A stretch of 37,462 nt of DNA from Eubacteriales bacterium (GCA_045614485.1 JAZLCY010000015.1:1-37462), one strand, 5' to 3'; counted from the first letter of the stretch, positions 1 to 8,712 are shown. Made by a program: numbers and translations. The notes: a model not told the origin generated them from the sequence alone.

Positions 1-232
1 AGCTCATCCTTGGGCGATGAATCTTTGATGGTTATGTCATGCGACATTGCCATTTCATACGGTATTAGCAACTGTTTCCGGTTGTTATTCCGTACCCAAG
101 GGCAGATTGCTCACGCGTTACTCACCCGTCCGCCACTAAATAAGTTCCCGAAGCAACTCATTCCGTTCGACTTGAATGTGTTATGCACGCCGCCAGCGTT
201 AATCCTGAGCCAGGATCAAACTCTCTAAAAAA
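1..232 (-). rRNA. rrs: 16S rRNA gene, 5' portion (runs off the left edge)
   Basis: Reverse complement of 205-224 is AGAGTTTGATCCTGGCTCAG (27F site), followed by GATTAACGCTGGCGGCGTGC...GGCGGACGGGTGAGTAACGCGT and GCTAATACCG. The mature 5' end (~232) is approximate. Confidence 0.99.
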
Positions 233-375
233 TTGTATATTATCTCAGGTCGCCCCGAGTTAACATCTTCTTAGAGCTATTTATCTTAGCTTTACTTTAC
301 TTTTTGAGTATTACTCTTGTGTTTTAACGAGATCTTTTGCACTTTCAGTGCTATAAAAAATCTTTTGTTGTTCAA

Positions 376-388
376 TTTTCAATGATCA
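376..388 (-). promoter_or_regulatory. boxA-like antitermination element in the rRNA leader
   Basis: Minus strand TGATCATTGAAAA resembles the Firmicute rrn boxA (TG[A/T]TCTTTGAAAA) and lies between the promoter and 16S. Confidence 0.7.
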
Positions 389-451
389 AGTGCCTTCCCG
401 AATGCTTCAGATGAACCGTATTGTTATCTGCTTTTCGAGAGTAGCTTTTAC

Positions 452-480
452 ATTATAACAAACAAATTTCTAATTGTCAA
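452..480 (-). promoter_or_regulatory. sigma-A promoter of the rRNA operon
   Basis: Perfect TTGACA (480-475) - 17 bp - TATAAT (457-452), with TG of an extended -10. Confidence 0.93.
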
Positions 481-520
481 TACTTTTTTTGTATTTTTTT
501 GAATTTTTTTATTTTTTTAT
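481..520 (-). promoter_or_regulatory. UP element / phased A-tracts upstream of the rrn promoter
   Basis: Four T7 runs on the + strand (A-tracts on -) at about 8-10 bp spacing, directly upstream of the -35. Confidence 0.7.
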
Positions 521-574
521 AAAACACTTTAAATACAGACAAAAAATAATTTTACACGGGGGCACTTTCGCTTT

Positions 575-1207
575 ATGATATCTATTTTTGCACGCACACT
601 GATAATTTATATTTTGCTGATGATAACGATGAAAATGATGGGAAAGCGCGAAATAGGAGAACTTGACGTTACCGAGCTTGTGGGCGCACTTTTAATATCA
701 GAGATCGCCGCGATACCGATAGACGACCCCGACCTGCCCTTGCTGAACGCTATAATTCCGATCATATTTCTTCTCTCCCTCGAAATACTAATCTCCTTTA
801 TCAAAACAAAAAGCAACTTCATAAAAAAGAAGATCGAAGGCGAGCCTTCCTATATAATATATAAAGGAAAGATTAAGCAGGATTCCTTGATGAAAAACAG
901 GATAACGATCAATGAATTTTTAGCCGAGATGCGTTCGCAGGGAGTTTGCGATATTACGGACATAGAATATGCGCTTGTTGAACAAAGCGGAAAAATATCA
1001 ATAATAAAGAAGGACAGCGGGGTTATGGCGCACTCGGTTATACTTGACGGAGATTACTGCACCGTAGAAGAAAAAGAAAACGCAGATATAAAAACCGCCG
1101 CCAACGAAACACTAAAAGCAAAAAATTTATCCCCGGGCGACGTTTTTCTTATGACGGTTAATGACAACGGAGGATTTAACATAATAAAAAAGGAGAAAAA
1201 GAAATGA
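575..1207 (+). CDS. DUF421 (YetF-like) membrane protein
   Basis: N-terminal TM segments with 'MGKREIGEL', then 'EGEPSYIIYKGKI', 'LAEMRSQGV' and 'YALVEQSGKISII', typical of DUF421. Confidence 0.88.
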   Translation: MISIFARTLIIYILLMITMKMMGKREIGELDVTELVGALLISEIAAIPIDDPDLPLLNAIIPIIFLLSLEILISFIKTKSNFIKKKIEGEPSYIIYKGKIKQDSLMKNRITINEFLAEMRSQGVCDITDIEYALVEQSGKISIIKKDSGVMAHSVILDGDYCTVEEKENADIKTAANETLKAKNLSPGDVFLMTVNDNGGFNIIKKEKKK

Positions 1208-1569
1208 AAGCTGTAAACATTGCCGTAATATTGCTTTTATGCTCGCTGACATTCGTTGTTGCTAATTCGCTTTCACTCACCGCCATCATAGACGACGTTA
1301 TAGAAAAGACCGAAAACACTGACGATAACGAGGTGAACCTTAAAGAAACATACGAGAAAATATGCAGCGAGTTCGAGAGCAAGATGACGTATATAAGCCT
1401 TACAGTTAATCACGAGGACCTGACAAGCGTAACAGATGCCTTTGCTGAGCTTATCGGAACACTGGAAGCCGAGGATCAAACTTCCTTTGTTGCTGTAAAA
1501 AGCCGCCTGATAAGCTCACTTAAGCATATCAGACGGCTTGCCGGTATTAATATAGACAGTATTCTTTAA
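1204..1569 (+). CDS. DUF4363 family protein
   Basis: N-terminal hydrophobic anchor, 'LTVNHEDL' and C-terminal 'NIDSIL'. Overlaps the DUF421 stop by 4 bp; this pairing is common in clostridia. Confidence 0.75.
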   Translation: MKAVNIAVILLLCSLTFVVANSLSLTAIIDDVIEKTENTDDNEVNLKETYEKICSEFESKMTYISLTVNHEDLTSVTDAFAELIGTLEAEDQTSFVAVKSRLISSLKHIRRLAGINIDSIL

Positions 1570-2255
1570 ACAAACTCGCTCAAATCATCGCGATATGCGG
1601 AATGGCGAACGATCGTATAGCTTTCGCTCATAATATTCTCTGCCGTGAGGACAAGTGCAGACTCACGAAGATGCTTTACAACGTATTCAGGGTTCAAGAA
1701 CGATGAGGCATCAGCACACAAAACACATTCAAGAACGACCTTATTATCACAGAACTTAGAATCGATAGATTTAATAAGGGGCTTGATATCCACTTCCTTA
1801 CCGCCGATCCTCTCCTTTTTCTTTACAAGAACCTGCTCTTTGTCAAACGCACGCTTGCACGCTTCGGCAAGCTCTTCGCTCGCACTATGAACGTTAAGGG
1901 TAATTGTATATCCAAGCCACTTAAGATCTGTGTGCTTGGTTTCGGGATAGTAGGCATCAAGAACAACAAGCTCATCTGTGAGGTTATCGTTAAGCGATTT
2001 TATTGCCACCGCAGGATCGATCTTTTCAGACAACCTAAGATCCATAAACTCAACGTAGCTCTCTGTTCCTATAGACAAAGGGGCAGCGAATACCATTTTA
2101 GGCTTAGGGTTGAATCCCTCGGTGTACCAAAGCGGCAATTTTGCTCTTACAACGATCTTGCTCATCGTTCTAACAAGATCGAGGTGAGAAACGTACTGAA
2201 GCATTCCAACCTTTTTAAATTTAATTCGGAGATTTATAGGTGTATTATTATTCAT
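1566..2255 (-). CDS. Radical SAM-associated protein, TIGR03936/DUF2344
   Basis: 'YVSHLDLVR', 'YTEGFNPKPK' and 'APLSIGTES' motifs. Start moved to the ATG at 2255, which follows an AAGGAG RBS. Confidence 0.92.
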   Translation of the reverse strand: MNNNTPINLRIKFKKVGMLQYVSHLDLVRTMSKIVVRAKLPLWYTEGFNPKPKMVFAAPLSIGTESYVEFMDLRLSEKIDPAVAIKSLNDNLTDELVVLDAYYPETKHTDLKWLGYTITLNVHSASEELAEACKRAFDKEQVLVKKKERIGGKEVDIKPLIKSIDSKFCDNKVVLECVLCADASSFLNPEYVVKHLRESALVLTAENIMSESYTIVRHSAYRDDLSEFV

Positions 2256-2257
2256 CC

Positions 2258-4135
2258 TTATTCTCCTTTCTGTGAACAACCGGGACACCACTTGTTCATG
2301 TTGCCAAGCTTATTTGCACCGCAACCTGAGCATTTTTCAGCGCATGATGGTGTTGTTTTCTCGTTATAAGCGTTATTTCTTTCGCGAAGGAGGAACTCCT
2401 TGGTTACGCCGCAGTCGATCACATCCCAAGGAAGGATCTCATCAATTCCAAATCCGCGTGTTGTATAGAAATAGGGATCTACGCCTGCGCGGTTGAATAT
2501 ATCCATCCACTTATCGTAATCGAAATACTCTTCCCACGCGTCAAAGATCATGCCTTCCTCAACAGCAAGCGCGATAGCGGGGGCGAGGCGACGGTCGCCT
2601 CTTGCAAAAACAGCCTCAAGGAAGGATGTTTTTGCATCGTGGTATGTATATCTGATCCTTCTGTCATTAATGCAGGACTTAAGATAATCCTGTTTTTCCA
2701 TCAAGGTTTCGTACGAATCCTGTTTTTCCCACTGGAAGGGCGTAAAAGGCTTGGGAACAAAGCAAGAAACACTTATGGTTACACCGATACCGCGGGGGCG
2801 CTCCGGCTTAGGAATTTTGAAATACTGGCCGATAACAGCAGAGGCAAGATCGGAAATTCCCTTTATATCATCAAGAGTTTCGGTGGGAAGACCGTTCATA
2901 AAGTAAAGCTTTACGTTGCTCTTACCCCCCTTGAAGGCTATGCCGACAGATCTCATAAGATCCTCTTCTGTAACGTTCTTGTTTATAACGTCACGAAGCC
3001 TTTGAGTTCCCGCCTCGGGGGCAAAGGTGATTCCGCCCGTTCTTACAGAAGAAACCTTCTTCATAAGCTCTTCGGAGAAGCTGTCTATTCGAAGAGAAGG
3101 AAGCGAGAGGCTTACGTGCGCTTCATCAGTCCAGGAAAGAAGCGTGTCTGTAAGCTCAGCGAGTCTTGAATAGTCACTGATAGAAAGAGATATAAGGGAT
3201 ATTTCGTCATACCCGGTGTTGTCGTAAAGACACTGCGCTTCCCTATTAAGCGTTTCGGGAGTTTTTTCGCGCACAGGACGGTAAACCATTCCCGCCTGAC
3301 AGAAACGACAGCCTCTGATACAGCCGCGATACACCTCAAGAACAATTCTATCGTGAACCGTTTCAATATAAGGCATAACAAGTTTCTCAGGGTAAGAAAC
3401 GGTATCAAGATTTTCGATTATACGTTTCTTTACCTTCTTAGGAACATCAGCATACATAGGCTCGTGGAGCTTTATTGTGCCATCCTCATTATATTCAACC
3501 TTGTAAAGCGAGGGGATATAAACACCCTCGATATGAGAAGCCGCGCGAAGGAAATCACGGCGGTTATAGGTGCCATTTTCCTTCATTTCGATGTAAAGGT
3601 GACAGATCTCAAGTAAAACCTCTTCACCCTCACCAACGTTTATAAGATCGAAGAAATCGGCAATAGGCTCAGAGTTATATGCACAAGGACCGCCACCGAT
3701 TATAATGGGAATATCCTCTCCCCTATCCTTAGAGTATATAGGAATACCTGCAAGGCGGAGCATCTGAAGCGCAGTGGTATAGCAAAGCTCATACTGAAGA
3801 GAGAAGCCGAGAAGGTCAAACGCACAAAGCTCGTCTCCACTTTCCTGCGCGGTAAGGGGAATGGAGTACTGCTCCATTTTCTCCTTCATATCAGTCCAGG
3901 GCGCGTAAACGCGCTCGCACCAAACGTCCTCATCCTTGTTCAATACGTCATAAAGAATACGGACACCGAGATTTGACATACCTATCTCGTACGTGTCAGG
4001 AAAACAGAATCCGAATCTACACTTTACCTTGCACGGATCTTTTATAATTCTGTTATATTCACCACCGATATATCTTCCCGGCTTTTCAATAGACTTCAAG
4101 ACACTTGAAATATTTTTAATTTCTGATAATTTCAT
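2258..4135 (-). CDS. B12-binding-like radical SAM protein, TIGR03960
   Basis: 'KPGRYIGGE', 'FPDTYEIGMSNLG', CxxxCxxC (CIRGCRFC), 'FVPKPFTPFQW' and a C-terminal Cys cluster. Confidence 0.93.
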   Translation of the reverse strand: MKLSEIKNISSVLKSIEKPGRYIGGEYNRIIKDPCKVKCRFGFCFPDTYEIGMSNLGVRILYDVLNKDEDVWCERVYAPWTDMKEKMEQYSIPLTAQESGDELCAFDLLGFSLQYELCYTTALQMLRLAGIPIYSKDRGEDIPIIIGGGPCAYNSEPIADFFDLINVGEGEEVLLEICHLYIEMKENGTYNRRDFLRAASHIEGVYIPSLYKVEYNEDGTIKLHEPMYADVPKKVKKRIIENLDTVSYPEKLVMPYIETVHDRIVLEVYRGCIRGCRFCQAGMVYRPVREKTPETLNREAQCLYDNTGYDEISLISLSISDYSRLAELTDTLLSWTDEAHVSLSLPSLRIDSFSEELMKKVSSVRTGGITFAPEAGTQRLRDVINKNVTEEDLMRSVGIAFKGGKSNVKLYFMNGLPTETLDDIKGISDLASAVIGQYFKIPKPERPRGIGVTISVSCFVPKPFTPFQWEKQDSYETLMEKQDYLKSCINDRRIRYTYHDAKTSFLEAVFARGDRRLAPAIALAVEEGMIFDAWEEYFDYDKWMDIFNRAGVDPYFYTTRGFGIDEILPWDVIDCGVTKEFLLRERNNAYNEKTTPSCAEKCSGCGANKLGNMNKWCPGCSQKGE

Positions 4136-4180
4136 TACTAATTAACCCTTTTGAAACTAACAAATAGGGATTGATTTTAT

Positions 4181-6586
4181 TCAATCCCGCTTTGTATAAT
4201 CTACATTTGATTTAATTGAGCGCTTGCTCATCACTATGAATGCAATGCACCAGGCGATCTGCCATACTGAAATGCAGGCAGTGGGTATCTGATACATCAT
4301 ATTGCGTGCAAAGGCAAGCGAGATTGCAAGACCTGCGCCGACCACCATAGCAAGCTTTTCCACAACAGCCATAACCTTATGGAAATTTGCGTATTTTTTC
4401 GCAAGCGAAAGCATATTTATAACATTCAGCTTATCGCCTGTTGTAACAAGGCCTGCGCTAACGCGCTCGTGCAGCTTATCATTTGGATCATAAACATCAA
4501 GCTTTTTACAAACTCTTATAGAATCTGCACCGGCAGTTAAGCTGCGCATAAGCTTGGTGTCAACATTCGGATCCTTGGTGTAAACGAGGGGAATTATACC
4601 GTCGTCAACGAGGGCGGGCATAATCATCGTGAACTCCTCGGAAAGAGTGTATCTTATATAGAACTTTGCGTATATCTCGCCGTTTTCAGCAGCATACATA
4701 ACCTTAGTGGACATAAGCGTTGCATTGTCCTTGCTTGTATCCTCCGGAATGGTGATACCGCACTTAAGCATATACTCAAGATTACCGGCACGAACCTGGT
4801 TGCCGTGAACGTCGGCAACGATTCCGTTCTCGTCAATTCGAACGTTCTTGGCAGGAGTAGCGGCATACTCTATTGAACTTGCAAAGATGTTGGCAAGAGG
4901 GCCGCCTACGCTGGCAAAAACAGACGACATCTGGTACATCGCTTTCTCAAGATTATCGTTTCTGCCATAGAGCATGATTCTCTGCAAACTAACGTCCTCA
5001 TCAGTGAAAACTTCGGTATCACTGAAGCTAAGAACGTCAACACCTGCGTAATCAAACACCGCACTCTCACCGATAAAGGTGCTCTTCTCACCGGATGCAC
5101 ACTTTGTTGCATGCATAAACGTAGTTTTGTGCGACAATATTGAAAATACAGGCATACCTATCATAAACACGGCAGCAAACGTCATTACTGCAAAATAAAG
5201 ACTTCCAAGAACAAAGAACGCAACAGTGCCGGAAATAAGTGCAATGGCAAGGTTGGATGCAAGAAGCACTACGATATGAGCTGAATTCTCAGAGCACTTA
5301 CTGCTTCTTTTAAAGAAATCGGTGATAAACAACGCGCGGAATATACGCGCAGTTTTGGATTTATATCCCTCAACAGCACCGTCGGTTGCCATATTTTCAT
5401 CCGGTAACGAACGCGTCATTTTTCTGTCTACGATATACTTTTCATTCGCAGTAGCAATGCTTTTAAAATTAGCAAAATCAATCTTTTTCTTAATCAGCGA
5501 TGCAACGATCGATGAAATAACTATCAGTGAAAATGCAAAGCCAAAAAGAGGATATTCCATCGGCATCTCAACAAAAACTACCGCGTAATAGGTAGTTGCA
5601 ACAAGAGCCCCTATGGGAATGAAGATCTCCGGCACTACCTTGCCAAGCGCCATCCATTTAAATGATATTACACATTCCGGAATAGCAAGCGCAGCAAGAC
5701 AGAAAATAAATATGAGATCTATTACCGCCATAACGACACCGTCTGCCTCAAAACCGAGGTGGAACGGCACGCTTATATCAAAAAATCTGAGATTCTCTAC
5801 AACAACTACGACCAACGACAGAATTATAGCGGCAAACAATCTTATACGGTGCGCCATAATAGCATCAAGGAATTTATCCTTAAGGCTATCTCTGTCCGCA
5901 AGGGAGTTGAATTCACTCTTTTTCTTCTTTTCCTTGCCTGCCTCGTCACCAACGGGAATATTGGACTGGGTAGGAAGTCTTTCAGAATCGAGGTCGATCA
6001 GCGCATTTTTGTGTGCAAACGGGTCGGGAATGTCATAGATTTTATTCTCCGAAACCTTCTCTGCCTTGACTTCAGGCTTCTTTTCCTCTTTTCTTTCAGG
6101 AACAACAGGCTCAGCGGCAACCTCACAGACCTTCAAAAGCTCTTCTTCATCATCTTCAACCGTAAATTTAAACACGGTAGACTGAGCTTCATACGATTCG
6201 TTAGATGCCGGCTTACCTGTAACGTTAACGACGGTGGCATCGAGCATACGGATCTTACTGTCCGGCTCTGCCGTCGGATCAATGCTATAATCAATACCTG
6301 CAAGCTCATCTCTGAATCCAAACGAATCCTTCGAGGTGCTTACACGGGCGGTACCTACCTGTGATTTGCGCTCCTGCTTTGACGCAGTGCCTTTTTCTTC
6401 CAAAGTCTTACCAATAGCCACATCAGGGATCTCAAACTCCATTTTAAGCTTATTGGAGGACTCGCTATCCTTCAAAGATTTCTTTTCAGGCTGTTGAAGG
6501 TTATCAGATTCAAAGACAAGAGCGGTTTCCTTCTCGGAGTCGCTTTCAAAAGAGAAATCGAGACCGGTCTTTTTATCATTTTGCAA
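4181..6586 (-). CDS. Membrane protein with degenerate P1B-type ATPase P/N domains and an acidic disordered N-terminus
   Basis: About 8 hydrophobic segments. The region after TM6 aligns by eye with heavy-metal ATPases but lacks CPC, DKTGT and GDGxND. Likely TTG start at 6586 after a GGGGGGTG RBS (track start 6595). Confidence 0.7.
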   Translation of the reverse strand: MQNDKKTGLDFSFESDSEKETALVFESDNLQQPEKKSLKDSESSNKLKMEFEIPDVAIGKTLEEKGTASKQERKSQVGTARVSTSKDSFGFRDELAGIDYSIDPTAEPDSKIRMLDATVVNVTGKPASNESYEAQSTVFKFTVEDDEEELLKVCEVAAEPVVPERKEEKKPEVKAEKVSENKIYDIPDPFAHKNALIDLDSERLPTQSNIPVGDEAGKEKKKKSEFNSLADRDSLKDKFLDAIMAHRIRLFAAIILSLVVVVVENLRFFDISVPFHLGFEADGVVMAVIDLIFIFCLAALAIPECVISFKWMALGKVVPEIFIPIGALVATTYYAVVFVEMPMEYPLFGFAFSLIVISSIVASLIKKKIDFANFKSIATANEKYIVDRKMTRSLPDENMATDGAVEGYKSKTARIFRALFITDFFKRSSKCSENSAHIVVLLASNLAIALISGTVAFFVLGSLYFAVMTFAAVFMIGMPVFSILSHKTTFMHATKCASGEKSTFIGESAVFDYAGVDVLSFSDTEVFTDEDVSLQRIMLYGRNDNLEKAMYQMSSVFASVGGPLANIFASSIEYAATPAKNVRIDENGIVADVHGNQVRAGNLEYMLKCGITIPEDTSKDNATLMSTKVMYAAENGEIYAKFYIRYTLSEEFTMIMPALVDDGIIPLVYTKDPNVDTKLMRSLTAGADSIRVCKKLDVYDPNDKLHERVSAGLVTTGDKLNVINMLSLAKKYANFHKVMAVVEKLAMVVGAGLAISLAFARNMMYQIPTACISVWQIAWCIAFIVMSKRSIKSNVDYTKRD

Positions 6587-6600
6587 CCAGCGCACCCCCC

Positions 6601-7425
6601 TTATCCTTTCCTTTGCCTTGCAACCTCGGCGAATATAACCGCAGCCGCGCAGGAAACATTCATAGAATTTACTCTTCCCTGAAGGGATATAGAAAGTGTA
6701 AAATCACATTTTTCTTTTACGAGCCTTGAAATACCGTCTCCTTCACTACCGAGAACAATACCTACACTGCCGGTGAGATCGGTCTTATAATAATCATCTC
6801 CGCCCATATCTGCTGCATATATCCACATACCGCGCTTTTTCAAGTCATCAATAGTGGAAGAAAGGTTGGTAACTCTTGCAACCTTTACGTATTCGGTAGC
6901 ACCGGCAGCAGCCTTCGCAACGGTGGGAGTTAATCCAACAGCTCTGCGCTTGGGGATAATAACACCGTGCGCACCAAGGCATTCGGCACTTCTTATGATT
7001 GCGCCGAGATTATGAGGATCTTCAACGCCGTCAAGTATAATAACAAAAGGCTTTTCACCGAGGGATTCAGCATATTCCATAATCTCATCAACAGTTGAAT
7101 AATTATGCTCTGCCGCCATTGCAACGATACCCTGATGCCTTGCACCCTGGCACATTGAATCAAGCTTTGTGCGGTCAACCTCAACAACCGGGATCTTCTT
7201 TTCTATAGCCATTGCTACAAGCAGCTTGATAGAACCCTCTCTATCGCCCGAGCTTACGTATATTTTATCAATATCTCTATCGCCCATAAGAAGTTCGCGC
7301 ACGGCATTACGACCTGTTACAACACACTCGTTAAGCTCCACCTTAGGTGCTCTTTCCTCCCTGTTAAAAGGCTGATGATTCTTTTTTATATTCTGATTTT
7401 TTCCTTTGTTAAATCCTTTATTCAT
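6601..7425 (-). CDS. rlmB: 23S rRNA Gm2251 2'-O-methyltransferase (TrmH/SpoU family)
   Basis: 'GRNAVRE', 'HQGIVA', 'LDGVEDPHNLGAIIRSA', 'GSEGDGI' and 'SMNVSCA'. Start at ATG 7425 after GAGGAG. Confidence 0.95.
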   Translation of the reverse strand: MNKGFNKGKNQNIKKNHQPFNREERAPKVELNECVVTGRNAVRELLMGDRDIDKIYVSSGDREGSIKLLVAMAIEKKIPVVEVDRTKLDSMCQGARHQGIVAMAAEHNYSTVDEIMEYAESLGEKPFVIILDGVEDPHNLGAIIRSAECLGAHGVIIPKRRAVGLTPTVAKAAAGATEYVKVARVTNLSSTIDDLKKRGMWIYAADMGGDDYYKTDLTGSVGIVLGSEGDGISRLVKEKCDFTLSISLQGRVNSMNVSCAAAVIFAEVARQRKG

Positions 7426-7473
7426 AAGGTGCTCCTCGCGCGCAAGTGCGCCCAAAAATATTTATACATATTA

Positions 7474-7502
7474 ATTATAGCATATAAAAACGCGTTTGTA
7501 CA
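7474..7502 (-). promoter_or_regulatory. Probable sigma-A extended -10 promoter for rlmB
   Basis: TGTACA - 17 bp - TATAAT with TGn before the -10; the -35 is weak. Confidence 0.55.
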
Positions 7503-7532
7503 TAGCAAAACCACATTTTTGAAAAAAATGTC

Positions 7533-7571
7533 AAAAAAGAAAACAAGCATCCATATGGATGCTTGTTTTCT
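7533..7571 (-). terminator. Intrinsic terminator after the zinc-ribbon gene
   Basis: Perfect 34-bp palindrome AGAAAACAAGCATCCAT/ATGGATGCTTGTTTTCT (7538-7571), followed by a T run on the minus strand. Confidence 0.88.
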
Positions 7572-7602
7572 CGGGTATTACACTTATCAGCTTAAGGGTA
7601 AA

Positions 7603-7884
7603 TTACTCCTGAGCCGCCTTCTTTGCAGCAAAGCACTCGCTGCAGAAAACAGCCTTACCTTCGGTGGGCTTGAAGGGAACCTGGCAATCCTTACCGCATT
7701 CTACGCAAACAGCTGCAAACATTTCTCTTGCACCCTTCTGCGCATTCTTTCTTGCAACACGGCAATCCTTACATCTGGAGGGCTCGTTCTCAAATCCTCT
7801 GGATGCGTAGAATTCCTGCTCACCTGCGGTGAACACGAAATCATTACCACATTCTTTGCACTTCAATGTCTTGTCCTGGTACAT
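7603..7884 (-). CDS. Zinc-ribbon (zf-trcl) plus CxxC-x17-CxxC domain protein
   Basis: 'MYQDKTLKCKECGNDFVFTAGEQEFY..GFENEPSRCKDCR' then 'CVECG..CQVPFKP....VFCSECF'. Start at ATG 7884. Confidence 0.92.
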   Translation of the reverse strand: MYQDKTLKCKECGNDFVFTAGEQEFYASRGFENEPSRCKDCRVARKNAQKGAREMFAAVCVECGKDCQVPFKPTEGKAVFCSECFAAKKAAQE

Positions 7885-7921
7885 GTTTTCTTTTTTCCTC
7901 ACTTAAATAGGTTTAAAAATT

Positions 7922-7984
7922 TGCCCTTAGACGGATTCCAACCGACGCCTTTGTAAACAACGCTCTCCCTTAAGCTACTCGGGC
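7922..7984 (-). ncRNA. tRNA-like element with a truncated anticodon arm (pseudo-tRNA or cis element)
   Basis: GCCCGAG-TA-GCTT-AAGGGA-GAGC-G-TTGTTTACAA-AGGC-GTCGG-TTGGAAT-CCGTC-TAAGGGC-A: acceptor, D arm and T arm in canonical order and spacing. Confidence 0.7.
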
Positions 7985-7995
7985 ATATAGACACA

Positions 7996-8562
7996 TTAAT
8001 CGTCGGAAAACAGACTCCCTATCGCCTTGATATTGCGAAGCATACGAAGCTTAGCATTATCAACAGACTTGGATGATTTTGAGAGCGCATCAGCAATCTC
8101 CCTGGTGGTAAAGCCTTTAAGATAGAGGCGAAACACCTTATATTCATATTCCGACAGTACTCCACGCGCCATAGACATAGCGCGCTCGAGCATCTCTCTT
8201 GTTTCCAGCTCGCGCTCGATACCGGCATTTGCCGCAAGAGAATTTACATCAATATCACCTATAGAATCAAGGCGCATTGACGATGATAAAAGATCTGAAA
8301 GACGGCGGCGAATACATATCCCGGCATACAAGCCAAACGTTACGTTATTGTTGGATATGTCATACGAAAGCGCGGCACGGTAAAGCGCAAAGCAAGCCTC
8401 CGCATAAGCCTCGTCCACAGTAATATAAGTCCCCGAAAAAGATTTAGCATACTTGTTGAGCAAGGGGGCATAGCGCTCCACAAGCTCTGAAAATGCTAAG
8501 TCATTATGAGCACGGATCATTACAATTAAGGAGGAATCCTCCATATTTTTTAAAACATCCAC
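7996..8562 (-). CDS. sigH: SigH-like sigma-70 family factor
   Basis: Region 2 'AFSELVERY..L...TFGLYAGICIRR' and region 4 'LSEYEYKVF.LYL.G....EIA..L.KS.KSVDNA', the latter typical of SigH. Close to rlmB; divergent sequence. Confidence 0.75.
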   Translation of the reverse strand: MDVLKNMEDSSLIVMIRAHNDLAFSELVERYAPLLNKYAKSFSGTYITVDEAYAEACFALYRAALSYDISNNNVTFGLYAGICIRRRLSDLLSSSMRLDSIGDIDVNSLAANAGIERELETREMLERAMSMARGVLSEYEYKVFRLYLKGFTTREIADALSKSSKSVDNAKLRMLRNIKAIGSLFSDD

Positions 8563-8586
8563 AGCTCTTCCGCCTTATATAAAAAT

Positions 8587-8615
8587 ATTATATATTTATT
8601 TTAAAATATTGTCAA
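8587..8615 (-). promoter_or_regulatory. sigma-A promoter for the sigH-like gene
   Basis: Perfect TTGACA (8615-8610) - 17 bp - TATAAT (8592-8587). Confidence 0.85.
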
Positions 8616-8712
8616 TATATTTGTTTAAAAAAATTTAAAAATGAGCAAAATAATATACAATTTTTCCTTTTTCGCGCATTTGTTTTTGATTAATATGCAC
8701 AAACAGGATTTT

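Noticed and set aside
10-228. 72-aa ORF
   Set aside because: Antisense to 16S rRNA; a common spurious call.
548-563. AATTT[TA]ACACGGGGGC shared with 26462-26477
   Set aside because: Only two copies in unrelated contexts; compatible with chance.
7375-7956. 193-aa + strand ORF
   Set aside because: Antisense to the zinc-ribbon gene and runs through a terminator and a promoter; no recognisable motif.
7922-7984. Calling this a functional tRNA
   Set aside because: No 5-bp/7-nt anticodon arm, C56 replaced by G and two acceptor mismatches; reported as tRNA-like instead.
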